Assembly (NCBI GenBank): GCA_964401065.1
Contig: CAYNWY010000002.1
Span: forward strand, 1-25,993
DNA length: 25,993 nt
Reading direction: 5' to 3'
DNA from: Candidatus Woesearchaeota archaeon
GTDB lineage: Archaea > Nanobdellota > Nanobdellia > Pacearchaeales > GW2011-AR1
The position numbers and the translations under genes are program-made. Shown here piece after piece: positions 7,460-16,003 of the stretch. A model generated the notes under the pieces. That model had not been told where the DNA came from and did not search any database. It was given only the letters and a program-made list of their open reading frames with translations. Numbering within the stretch: position 1 is the first letter of the stretch; each line of letters starts with the position of its first letter.

Positions 7460-8917
7460 ATGGAAGAAAAAAGATCAGAAGAGGGTTTAACTGTAAAAAA
7501 ACAAGAGGATTTCTCAGAGTGGTTCACCCAAGTTTTGGAAAAAGCAGAATTAATTGATTTAAGATTAGATGTGAAGGGATTTACAGTTATCCGCCCATGG
7601 GCTGCTTTAACAATTGAGAACATGTTTGAATATTTAGAGAAAGAACTACAGAAAAAGGGGCATAAACCAACCTTCATGCCCTCAGTTATACCAAAAGAAA
7701 ATCTAATGAAAGAATCAGAGCATATAAAGGGGTTTACTCCTGAAGTTTTTTGGTTGAAAGATATTGGAGAAAACAAAGAACTTGCCTTGAGACCCACTTC
7801 TGAAACTCTTTACACACCAATGTTTAAATTATGGGTAAGAAGTTACAGGGATTTACCTTTAAAATTATACCAAAGAGGTTCTGTTTTCAGAATGGACACT
7901 AAAGCAACCCGTCCCCTAATCAGGGGGAGAGAATTTATCTGGATTGAGTGCCATGATGCATTTGAGACAAAAGAACAGGCAGAGGCTCAGGTTCAGGAAG
8001 ATATTGACACAACTGAAAAAGTTATGCATCAAATCTATGGAGTTCCATTTCTCCCAATGAAAAGACCAGAGTGGGATAAATTCGCAGGTGCAGAATACAC
8101 AGTTGGTTCAGATTGCTTTATGCCAGATGGAAAATTAATACAACAACCTTCAACTCACCTAATGGGGCAAAAATTCTCAAAAGCATTTGGTGCAACTTTC
8201 AAAAATAAAGAAGAAAAAGAAGAATATCTCTGGACAACAGCTTACGGCCCGGCAGTTTCAAGAATATTAGCTTCTGTAATTGCAACCCATGGAGATGATT
8301 CTGGACTAATCTTACCTTATTCAATCTCCCCCCTACAAGTGATAATCGTACCAATATTCAATGCAGAAAACAAAAATAAAATTCTGAAGAAATCCAAAGA
8401 AATTTTAGATAAATTAGAAAAAGAGAACATAAAAGCAGAAATAGATGAAAGAGAGTATAAACGCCCAGGAGAAAAATATAATATCTGGGAATTAAAAGGG
8501 GTTCCATTCAGGATTGAATTAGGTGAAAAAGAACTGAAGAAAGAAGAGGCAATACTCTTTACTAGAGATACAAAAAAGAGAGAAATTCTCAAACTAAGAG
8601 ATTTAAAGAAAATAAGCAAACTTGGAAAAGAATTTGATATTAGACTAAGGGAAAAAGCAGACAAATTCCTGCACAACAGAATAGTTTCCTGTTCAACCAA
8701 AAAAGAAATAAAAGAAGCCTTATCTGAAGGGAAATTAGCAAGAATAAACTTTTGTTCAACAGACAAACCAGGTATCCCCTGTGCAGAAACTGTTGAAAAA
8801 GAGTTATTAGGAGATGTAAGAGGAACTCTAGCAAACAAAAATGAAAAAGCAAATGGAAAGTGTTTATTTTGTGGAAAACCAGCAACAAAGGTTGTATATA
8901 TTGGTCGAAGCTACTAA
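7460..8917 (+). CDS. proS: Prolyl-tRNA synthetase, archaeal/eukaryotic type
   Basis: FSEWFTQVL, LALRPTSETL, PLIRGREFIWIE, KFAGA, YGPAVSRILA, WELKGVPFRIELG, C-terminal Zn-binding region CLFCG and terminal ..GRSY. Confidence 0.96.
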   Translation: MEEKRSEEGLTVKKQEDFSEWFTQVLEKAELIDLRLDVKGFTVIRPWAALTIENMFEYLEKELQKKGHKPTFMPSVIPKENLMKESEHIKGFTPEVFWLKDIGENKELALRPTSETLYTPMFKLWVRSYRDLPLKLYQRGSVFRMDTKATRPLIRGREFIWIECHDAFETKEQAEAQVQEDIDTTEKVMHQIYGVPFLPMKRPEWDKFAGAEYTVGSDCFMPDGKLIQQPSTHLMGQKFSKAFGATFKNKEEKEEYLWTTAYGPAVSRILASVIATHGDDSGLILPYSISPLQVIIVPIFNAENKNKILKKSKEILDKLEKENIKAEIDEREYKRPGEKYNIWELKGVPFRIELGEKELKKEEAILFTRDTKKREILKLRDLKKISKLGKEFDIRLREKADKFLHNRIVSCSTKKEIKEALSEGKLARINFCSTDKPGIPCAETVEKELLGDVRGTLANKNEKANGKCLFCGKPATKVVYIGRSY

Positions 8918-8934
8918 TTTTCAAGAAAAATGAT

Positions 8935-9009
8935 TTAGTTATCAACAATTTTAATATTCGGGTGTTAAACTAATTATAATTTAAATAAATATTGTTCACG
9001 ATAATTAAA
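8935..9009. repeat. Bipartite intergenic element, copy A
   Basis: TTAGTTATCAACAAT (from 8935) and ATTGTTCACGATAATTAAA (8991-9009); both blocks recur in the same order at 10534-10643. Confidence 0.5.
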
Positions 9010-9076
9010 CCTATTTATTTTTCAAAATAGATGAGATAAACTAGCAAGTAAGAAGAAATTTCTTTATGCATTTGGG

Positions 9077-9193
9077 CTATTCATATTTTACAACAGCATT
9101 GAGTTCATCTTCAAGCTCTAAAGTAAAAGCCATCAACTTGCTCAGCTCTTGCTCTACCATTTTTTGTTCCATTGTTTCTCTTTTCCGCTCCAT
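9077..9193 (-). CDS. 38-aa putative coiled-coil/helical small protein (not in the ORF track)
   Basis: Hand translation MERKRETMEQKMVEQELSKLMAFTLELEDELNAVVKYE*; amphipathic pattern; lies in a 518-bp gap with no long ORF. Confidence 0.45.
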   Translation of the reverse strand: MERKRETMEQKMVEQELSKLMAFTLELEDELNAVVKYE

Positions 9194-9251
9194 TTTTCAT
9201 GAAAACCAACATCCACTTAATCCAGCCTGCCAAATCTAGAAAGAATCATGC

Positions 9252-9358
9252 CTCAATTCAATCCAGATCTAAAGTCAGATTAAATTGAGTTTAGTTTAAT
9301 ATTGAAAGTATAGACTAAATCAAGTATACAATTTCTCCAGTGCATTCTATTCAGTCTA
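9252..9358 (-). ncRNA. Putative structured RNA or 5' leader (two hairpins)
   Basis: Minus-strand stem UAGACUGAAU/AUUUAGUCUA (10 bp, 9311-9358) and a 14-bp stem (9252-9289). All four non-Watson-Crick positions are G-U on the minus strand and would be A-C mismatches on the plus strand. A TATA-like ATTTATAA lies upstream (9389-9396). Confidence 0.45.
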
Positions 9359-9435
9359 ACTTCCATAATTTATACAAGAACAAACCCCTTATAAATATTT
9401 ATATTCACTAAAAGATATAGACAGACCCATACAAA

Positions 9436-10476
9436 TTATTTTACAAGCTCTCTCACGTTTTTTTCAAACTGTCCTATATCTTCTTTTCTAATCTGGGCTC
9501 CAACAGCATTTTCATGTCCTCCCCCTGTAGAATTTTCAAGCCCTTCAATAGATTTTAATATAATTTCCCTAACATTTTTCCCTCTTGCAGAGATATTTGC
9601 TTTAACTCCTTTTGTGTAAACAACTACTATAAACTTATCAGGAAAGAGATATTTCAAACCATTAGCAATATCTGAACTCATACTAGTATCTCCAGCATAT
9701 TTGAAAAAAATAATATTGCTTAAATTTCCACACTTTTTTGCTTTCAACAAAATTTTTTGATATTTCTTGTCTATTTCCTGAAATCTTTTGTGAATTGATT
9801 TATTTTTGTTGTTCTCCTCAAGAAAGTCGTGGGGACCTTCGGAAGAAATTAAAAATTTAATCATGGTTATTACATTGCTTATCCTGTCTTTTAATCCAAA
9901 TCCTAATATCCTGGCAATCCTTCCTATCTCAGAACCATAGAATATATCAAAGGCATTTTTGTAATCTTTACACAAATCAGGAAAATCTTTCATAAAATCT
10001 TTGTAAAAATCAGGTACTAAATTATCAGAGATGCACCCCACAACTGCCAGCCATAAGTCTTCTTTTCTGTTTGTTATTTTGTAACAGATATAGGTTATAG
10101 GTTCGTTGGTTTTCTCCTCTCCAAGTAAAGGATTGTAATAAATTATATATTTTGGTATTTTCTGTGAAGGAGTATCGTGATGATCAATCCAAACTATAGG
10201 AATATTTCTCTTTTCAACTTCCAGCACAAATTCTTCTGAAACCTCTGGCTTATCAAGTATAAAAATATAATCAGAATTAAATTCTTCAACTTTTCTGAAA
10301 TAATCTTTTGTCAGGGCAGGAGAGGTTTTTATTGGAAACCCCTTTCCTCTCCCAATATATTTTTGAAGAAGAAGAAAACTACAAAGTCCGTCTTGATCAT
10401 TATCAAAAAAGAAAACTGGATTCTGAGCAGCATTCAAATGGATTTTTATTTCTTCTATTTGTTTTGTACTTAACAT
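9436..10476 (-). CDS. DHH/DHHA1-family phosphoesterase (NrnA/RecJ-like)
   Basis: FFDNDQDG, ILDKP, WIDHHD, GCISD and the DHHA1 motif GGGHENAVG. Start moved to the ATG at 10476 (MLSTKQ). Confidence 0.9.
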   Translation of the reverse strand: MLSTKQIEEIKIHLNAAQNPVFFFDNDQDGLCSFLLLQKYIGRGKGFPIKTSPALTKDYFRKVEEFNSDYIFILDKPEVSEEFVLEVEKRNIPIVWIDHHDTPSQKIPKYIIYYNPLLGEEKTNEPITYICYKITNRKEDLWLAVVGCISDNLVPDFYKDFMKDFPDLCKDYKNAFDIFYGSEIGRIARILGFGLKDRISNVITMIKFLISSEGPHDFLEENNKNKSIHKRFQEIDKKYQKILLKAKKCGNLSNIIFFKYAGDTSMSSDIANGLKYLFPDKFIVVVYTKGVKANISARGKNVREIILKSIEGLENSTGGGHENAVGAQIRKEDIGQFEKNVRELVK

Positions 10477-10533
10477 GAAATAAACAAAAAAGTTTATTAT
10501 ATAAGGTTTTGGAAGGGGGAATATACAACTCAA

Positions 10534-10643
10534 TTAGTTATCAACTATCTTTAATATAATTCGTTATATTAATTAGTATTTTGGTATTAACAGATTGTAT
10601 AGATATTACTTAAAATAATTAGAGACTGTTTACGATAATTAAA
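10534..10643. repeat. Bipartite intergenic element, copy B
   Basis: TTAGTTATCAACTATCTTTAATAT (from 10534) and ACTGTTTACGATAATTAAA (10625-10643). Confidence 0.5.
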
Positions 10644-10652
10644 TATATTCAA

Positions 10653-11744
10653 TTATATTGACTTTCCAACACTAAGTTTTTCCCTAAGACTATATATTTC
10701 TTCCTTAAAAAAGGAGAGCATTCCTTCATTTTGGAATATTCTCAACAATTCTTCATCATTTGCAAGCAAAATTTTATCAAGAAACTGGAAATTTGAAATT
10801 AAAGAACTTATATACCTTTCAAGTATATTGGTCTTGCTTAAGATTCTCAAGCCTTTTGGAGAAATCTGCTTATCATGCAATTCTTCAAACAACATTCTTG
10901 ATATGCTAAAAGGTTCCAATAGAAAATCAAAATCCATTTTTTCAAGAACTTTTTCTGCATAAGAATAATTAGCACCAAAATAATCTTTAAGAAGAAGTTC
11001 TTCTTCCCTATCAAGTCCATTTGTTAAGTCCTTTAAGCTCATACTTACAATTGCTCCCTCTTTACCAAGTTCAATTAGATATCTCTTTACAATTTCTGAA
11101 ATTCTCTTTATAATCTCAAATCTTTGTATCACTCCACAAACATCTTTTACAGTAACAATTCTCTGCAATTCCATTAAATTAAGATTAGTTAATGCTTCGT
11201 TAAAACTCTCTCTTTGTTTTTCCAAAATTTGAAGGGTTTCTGCCGCTCTTCTCAAAATTTCAGAACTTTCTTTAAGTTCATGCCTCTTATCTCCTTGATA
11301 GATAGTAATCTTCTTCTTCCTCTCAGAAATTGCAATCACTATAGCTCCAGTTTGTTTTGCGGTTCTCTCTGCGGATTTGTGTCTGGTTCCTGTCTCTCTA
11401 GTAGTTATCTCTGGATTTGGAGAGAGAAAAGAATTTGCATATAATATCTTCTTTACATTTCCTGAAAGAATAATTGCTCCATCCATCTTTGCAAGCTCAA
11501 CGAGTTTCTGAGGGCTAAATTTTGAATGAATACTAAATCCCCTTTGGTACACAGAAGCTGTATTTCCATTATCTATAACTATCAGTGCACCCATCCCTGC
11601 ATTGACTAAATCATCCATTGCAATTCTTATTGAAGTCCCTGGAGCAACCATTTTAAGAACATCCATAAAATCTTTTTCAACAATTGTTTTCTCTTGCTCA
11701 CCTTGAGGAATAAATAATTCACCTATCTCTTCCTTTTCATCCAT
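10653..11744 (-). CDS. disA: DisA-like diadenylate cyclase
   Basis: VAPGT.IR, ELAKMDGAIILS (DGA motif), ETGTRHKSAERTAKQTG (RHR-like motif), AISER. Length and linker region resemble bacterial DisA; the HhH region is degenerate. Confidence 0.9.
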   Translation of the reverse strand: MDEKEEIGELFIPQGEQEKTIVEKDFMDVLKMVAPGTSIRIAMDDLVNAGMGALIVIDNGNTASVYQRGFSIHSKFSPQKLVELAKMDGAIILSGNVKKILYANSFLSPNPEITTRETGTRHKSAERTAKQTGAIVIAISERKKKITIYQGDKRHELKESSEILRRAAETLQILEKQRESFNEALTNLNLMELQRIVTVKDVCGVIQRFEIIKRISEIVKRYLIELGKEGAIVSMSLKDLTNGLDREEELLLKDYFGANYSYAEKVLEKMDFDFLLEPFSISRMLFEELHDKQISPKGLRILSKTNILERYISSLISNFQFLDKILLANDEELLRIFQNEGMLSFFKEEIYSLREKLSVGKSI

Positions 11745-11794
11745 AAAAAAAGTATAAATAAGATATATATAAACTTTTATGAGAAATTGAGCAA

Positions 11795-12700
11795 TTAAAG
11801 CAAAGAGGCATATATTAAGGGCAAGGCAATTGTAGCATCACAATTTACATCCACAAACCTTGCTTTTGAATTCATTTTCCCCCAAGAAATACCTTCTCTC
11901 AAAGGAGCGCCTGAACTCCCCCCAGATTCTGCTCTATCTGTTGTAATTTGAATTCCATAATCTGCCCCTTTCGAGAACTGTAAAGACTGTTGTATGAAAT
12001 TTTTTGGAAGTCCCCCGCCAATGTAAATAACTCCGTTTTTCTTTGAAGTCCAAGCTATGTCTATAATATCATTCACGTCACCAAATACTTCAACCTTTGT
12101 CTTTCCTTTTCCTCCTGCAATTCTCCCCCAAATCATCAATCCTATTCCAGAGTCTGCAATTCCTGGGCAAAAAATAGGAATCTTCTTCTCATAACACTTA
12201 ACTAAAATTCCTTTTCCTCCTTGTTTTGAGACAATCTCTCCAATTTTCCATAAAAACTCTTTAATATTTTCACAATCCTTCATTTCTTCAAAATGCTTTT
12301 CAAAAAAATCCTCAAGTTTCTCATAAACTTTATTAGACATTAAAACATTGTAAATTCTATCAAATCCCTTTTTATTAAGCTCCAAATCATCCATATTCTC
12401 ATCTCCTAAATAATGTTTCTCTCCTATGGCTTCAATTAAATCATGGGTTAGATTTGCCCCTGTAGTAACAAATACATCTACTTCATCAAGCATATCAATT
12501 ATAATCTCTTTCATCCCAGCCGGAACCATTGCTCCAGCAACCCCAAGGAAAACTTTGCATTCCTTATCTTGAAACATTAACTTCATAATTTCTGAAGCAA
12601 GTGCTACCTTTCCTGCTCCAAAACCTGCTCCGCTCATTTCCTGAACCAACTCTGAAACTTTCATACTTTTTTTAATATTTACTGGCTTTACTTCTCTCAT
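11795..12700 (-). CDS. dys: Deoxyhypusine synthase
   Basis: GFGAG, GAMVPAGM, TTGANLTHDLIE, IFCPGIADS, GGGLPKNF, GGSSGA..EGISWGK (catalytic Lys), DATIALP. Start could be 12700 or 12736. Confidence 0.92.
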   Translation of the reverse strand: MREVKPVNIKKSMKVSELVQEMSGAGFGAGKVALASEIMKLMFQDKECKVFLGVAGAMVPAGMKEIIIDMLDEVDVFVTTGANLTHDLIEAIGEKHYLGDENMDDLELNKKGFDRIYNVLMSNKVYEKLEDFFEKHFEEMKDCENIKEFLWKIGEIVSKQGGKGILVKCYEKKIPIFCPGIADSGIGLMIWGRIAGGKGKTKVEVFGDVNDIIDIAWTSKKNGVIYIGGGLPKNFIQQSLQFSKGADYGIQITTDRAESGGSSGAPLREGISWGKMNSKARFVDVNCDATIALPLIYASLL

Positions 12701-12819
12701 TTTATTTTCCTGAGAAAATGCATTTCTCTCATACAATTAACATAAAATATGATTTTAAAAAACTATTGATGATAAATTCAAACTATAAGTTAGACTATCA
12801 AAATCTTTTTAAATGAAAC

Positions 12820-13029
12820 ATGCTCTATAAGCCTACAATGAACAAGTGGCTTGAATTGATTCTAGGAGTTATTCTTCTTGTAGGAGTTATAGCTCTAGTT
12901 CTTCCAGGAATGCCTTTAGACTCTTGGGGAGTTGCAGCTTGGACAGTCTTTAAAGGGGCATTAACATGGATTGTTGCACTAATAGGATTAATTCTTATAA
13001 TTTTAGGAATAAGTGAGATAAAAGGATAA
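12820..13029 (+). CDS. Small two-helix membrane protein
   Basis: Two hydrophobic segments; alternative in-frame start at 12838. Confidence 0.7.
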   Translation: MLYKPTMNKWLELILGVILLVGVIALVLPGMPLDSWGVAAWTVFKGALTWIVALIGLILIILGISEIKG

Positions 13030-13040
13030 AATAAATATTT

Positions 13041-13646
13041 CTATTTAAGAAGAAAAATTAAACCTCCTTCAATAATTGCTGCTATAAACAAAAGAGGCAA
13101 TACTATAAAAACAAAGACTCTCAAAGAATTAATAAGGAACTTTTCAAAATGTTCCATTTTTTTCTTTTGAAATATAAAGGTACCAAACTTTATGCCCATT
13201 CCAAATGAAATGAAAATGGCGGGCAACTCAAATATTCCATGGGGAAAAAGATTTAGCAGTGAACTTACTCCAGAAGAGGAGATTGCAGAAGAAGAAACAT
13301 ACCCCACAACATAACCATTTGCAAAAGTTGCCAAGATTGGGAATATCCCAAGAAAAAACCCGTAAATAATACCCATAAATCCACTCTGAAGATTATTTAG
13401 GAATATAAATCCAATCATTCTAATTGAAGACATTCCTTTTGTCTTTGCTAATATATTCTTTATGTAATCCAAAATTGCATTAACAATCTCTGGAGGTTGG
13501 AAGAAAAATCCTATGATTGCTGAAACAACGAAAATAATAACTACTCCCCATATGAACTTTTTTGACTCTTTAATATATCCCCAGCTTTTAGAATAATTTT
13601 CTCTAAAAAAATTTCCAATCTTCTCTCTCTTTTTTCTTTTATTCAT
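13041..13646 (-). CDS. SpoIIM/DUF95-family membrane protein
   Basis: IFLNNL, NGY.VG, FPHGIFELPAIFIS, AAIIEG. Confidence 0.88.
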   Translation of the reverse strand: MNKRKKREKIGNFFRENYSKSWGYIKESKKFIWGVVIIFVVSAIIGFFFQPPEIVNAILDYIKNILAKTKGMSSIRMIGFIFLNNLQSGFMGIIYGFFLGIFPILATFANGYVVGYVSSSAISSSGVSSLLNLFPHGIFELPAIFISFGMGIKFGTFIFQKKKMEHFEKFLINSLRVFVFIVLPLLFIAAIIEGGLIFLLK

Positions 13647-13726
13647 TTTACTTGTTAAATGAATAAGTACAAATTTTATATTTGCTCTTATTCATAAACA
13701 AAAATATTCAAGAATTATATATAAAC

Positions 13727-14404
13727 CTAACTAAAATGCTTTCTTATATAAGAAGTTTTATTCTTGTACTTTGTTCTTAAAAATAAACCATAAATAAGAC
13801 CAACTATTAATCCTCCAAGATGGGCAGTATTACCTATTGAAATATTTCCAGCCACCGAAATAATCCATAACAAAATAAGCATACCGGGAGCAGCATACTT
13901 CATCTTTATTGGAATTGGTATAAACATAATATAAACAGGAAGATTTGGAGTAAGCAGCATAAGCAATCCAATTAAACCAAACAAGGCTCCAGAAGCACCA
14001 ACTGCATAAAGTCCAAAATCTCCAGTAAATATTAAACTCATCAAAACAAAAAACACTCCGGCAAAAATACCTGAAAGCATGTAAAACCAAAAGTATCTTC
14101 TTTTACCTATTATTTTCTCAACAAGAGAGCCTATGAACATTAAAGAAAGCATATTCACAAGCAAATGAAAAAATCCTGCATGCATAAACATGCTTGTCAG
14201 AAAAGTCCAAAGATATTTGCCGGCAAGTATATTTGATGGTTTTATTGCTATAACATCTATTGAAACAACTTTTAAAGAGATAAGTGCTGTAAAAAGAATA
14301 AATGCAAGAACATTAATTATTATAAAAATTGTGTTCAAACTAACAAGATTAGATAATATCTTTCTTGGTCTTGGATTTGAATTAACTGTATATACATAAG
14401 CCAT
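13727..14404 (-). CDS. Rhomboid-family intramembrane serine protease
   Basis: TSMFMHAGFFHLLVNM, GASGA (catalytic Ser), AHLGG (catalytic His). Confidence 0.93.
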   Translation of the reverse strand: MAYVYTVNSNPRPRKILSNLVSLNTIFIIINVLAFILFTALISLKVVSIDVIAIKPSNILAGKYLWTFLTSMFMHAGFFHLLVNMLSLMFIGSLVEKIIGKRRYFWFYMLSGIFAGVFFVLMSLIFTGDFGLYAVGASGALFGLIGLLMLLTPNLPVYIMFIPIPIKMKYAAPGMLILLWIISVAGNISIGNTAHLGGLIVGLIYGLFLRTKYKNKTSYIRKHFS

Positions 14405-14419
14405 ATTAAAATTAAAATT

Positions 14420-15178
14420 TTATTTATTTCTTTTTCTGGATTTTTTAATCTTCTTTTTTACAGATTTGCTCTTTATCTTTTTCTTTTTCTTTTTTGAGAT
14501 ACCTGTTTTTACTTTTTTGGGAGATTTCTTTTTTAAGTTCTCTTTTTTTTCTTTTTCTCTTATTTGCTTTTGCAATCTCCTAGACTCTTCTCTTTGTTTT
14601 GTCTTTTCTCCTTCAATCTTCTTAATTTCTTTCATTTTAATCTTCTCAAGCTTCGCTTTTTCAATGTTTATCTCATTCTTTATTATCTTTAGCTTATTTT
14701 CTAATTTTTCTTCGTTCCTCTTGAATTCTTTAAGAACTTTCTCATTATCCTTTGCAGAAAAGACTTCCCCACATTCATTACATATAAAATCATGAAGCAT
14801 TGCATTTTCCTCATTGTATTCTATATTGCATCTTTCACAAACATAAAATCTCTTAGTTTCTCTGCTTTTTATCTGATTCTTCAACTGGGTGAGATTTTTC
14901 AAAACAAGTTCTCTTAAAAATTCAAGAGACTTCAAAACTTCTATTTTCCAAAAATAGGTATACCACCCTTTCTTCTTATCCTTTTTTCTTATTGAAGAAA
15001 CAAGCCCATGATCTGAAATCTTATAAAGTATGTTCCTTGCTTGATTTATAGTCAAGTCCAATTTCTTTGCGATTATAAATTCATTAACATATTTATCTCC
15101 GTCGAGCAAATCTACAATCTCTTCTGCAGATTTTCCAACAACAATAGAAATAACCTCCTTCAGAAAATTTTTTAGCAT
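14420..15178 (-). CDS. tfe: Transcription factor E (TFE alpha) with Lys-rich C-terminal tail
   Basis: wHTH (EFIIAKKL...RNILYKI..GLV...GWYTYFW), Zn ribbon (CERC...FICNECG), then coiled coil and a basic tail. Confidence 0.9.
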   Translation of the reverse strand: MLKNFLKEVISIVVGKSAEEIVDLLDGDKYVNEFIIAKKLDLTINQARNILYKISDHGLVSSIRKKDKKKGWYTYFWKIEVLKSLEFLRELVLKNLTQLKNQIKSRETKRFYVCERCNIEYNEENAMLHDFICNECGEVFSAKDNEKVLKEFKRNEEKLENKLKIIKNEINIEKAKLEKIKMKEIKKIEGEKTKQREESRRLQKQIREKEKKENLKKKSPKKVKTGISKKKKKKIKSKSVKKKIKKSRKRNK

Positions 15179-15301
15179 CCAAGTACTAAAAATAATTCTA
15201 TTATATATTTTTCTATTCCAAAAAACATTAAAAATAAAAGTTTTTAAACCTGTATTATGTCTTATATATATTAAAAAGAGTATATCAAAGAAGACAAAAA
15301 A

Positions 15302-16003
15302 ATGGGTTTATTCGGAAAAAAAGGTAAAAAAGAGGAGATGAAGAGCTTAAAAATTCCTGAACTTCCTGAACTTCCAAAATTACCAGAACTACCTGCAATG
15401 CATGAATTCTCCTATGAAGAAGATGAGCGCTTGCCTCAACTACCAAGATTTCCAAACAATACTTTAGGCAATAAATTTTCTCAAAATACTATAAAAGAAG
15501 CAATATCTGGGAAAAAAGAGGAAGAAGAGGTTTTTGATGCAGAGGATTTCCACAAGGAAGAAAACAAAGGAATGATGCAGAAACCTCTACAAAAACCATC
15601 AGTTATGGAAGATTTTAGCGACTATCAACTATCTCAAGAAAGAACTCCATCAATGCAGAAACCTCTACAAAAACCATCAGTTAGAGAAGAGTTTAACGAT
15701 TATCAACCCTCTCAACAAAGTGTTTCATCAAAAGCAAAGGAGACTCCTCAAAATTATGCAATAAGAAGCTATATGACAAAAAAGGCTGAGCCTGTTTTCA
15801 TAAGAATAGACAAATTTGAAGAAAGCATGAAGATATTTCAAGAAATAAAGGGACAAATATCCGAAATAGAAGACCTTATTAAGAATACAAAGGAAATAAA
15901 ATCTAAAGAGGAAGAGGAACTTGCTTCTTGGGAAACAGAAATACAAGGGATAAAAAATCAGATAGAAAAAGTTAACCAGGATATTTTCTCAAGGATAGAA
16001 TGA
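15302..16003 (+). CDS. Hypothetical protein: Pro-rich N-terminus, internal repeat, C-terminal coiled coil
   Basis: LPELPKLPELP; duplicated MQKPLQKPSV unit; C-terminal PVFIRIDKF followed by a long heptad helix. Confidence 0.8.
   Translation: MGLFGKKGKKEEMKSLKIPELPELPKLPELPAMHEFSYEEDERLPQLPRFPNNTLGNKFSQNTIKEAISGKKEEEEVFDAEDFHKEENKGMMQKPLQKPSVMEDFSDYQLSQERTPSMQKPLQKPSVREEFNDYQPSQQSVSSKAKETPQNYAIRSYMTKKAEPVFIRIDKFEESMKIFQEIKGQISEIEDLIKNTKEIKSKEEEELASWETEIQGIKNQIEKVNQDIFSRIE
15575..15715 (+). repeat. In-frame tandem duplication, 78-bp period
   Basis: ATGCAGAAACCTCTACAAAAACCATCAGTTA (31 bp, identical) at 15575 and 15653, with diverged similarity continuing to about 63 bp per unit. Confidence 0.9.

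Noticed and set aside
9311-9358. Glycine or c-di-AMP (ydaO) riboswitch, suggested by CUGGAGA and CUGAAU
   Set aside because: Only short words match; the remaining conserved cores and multi-stem architecture are absent.
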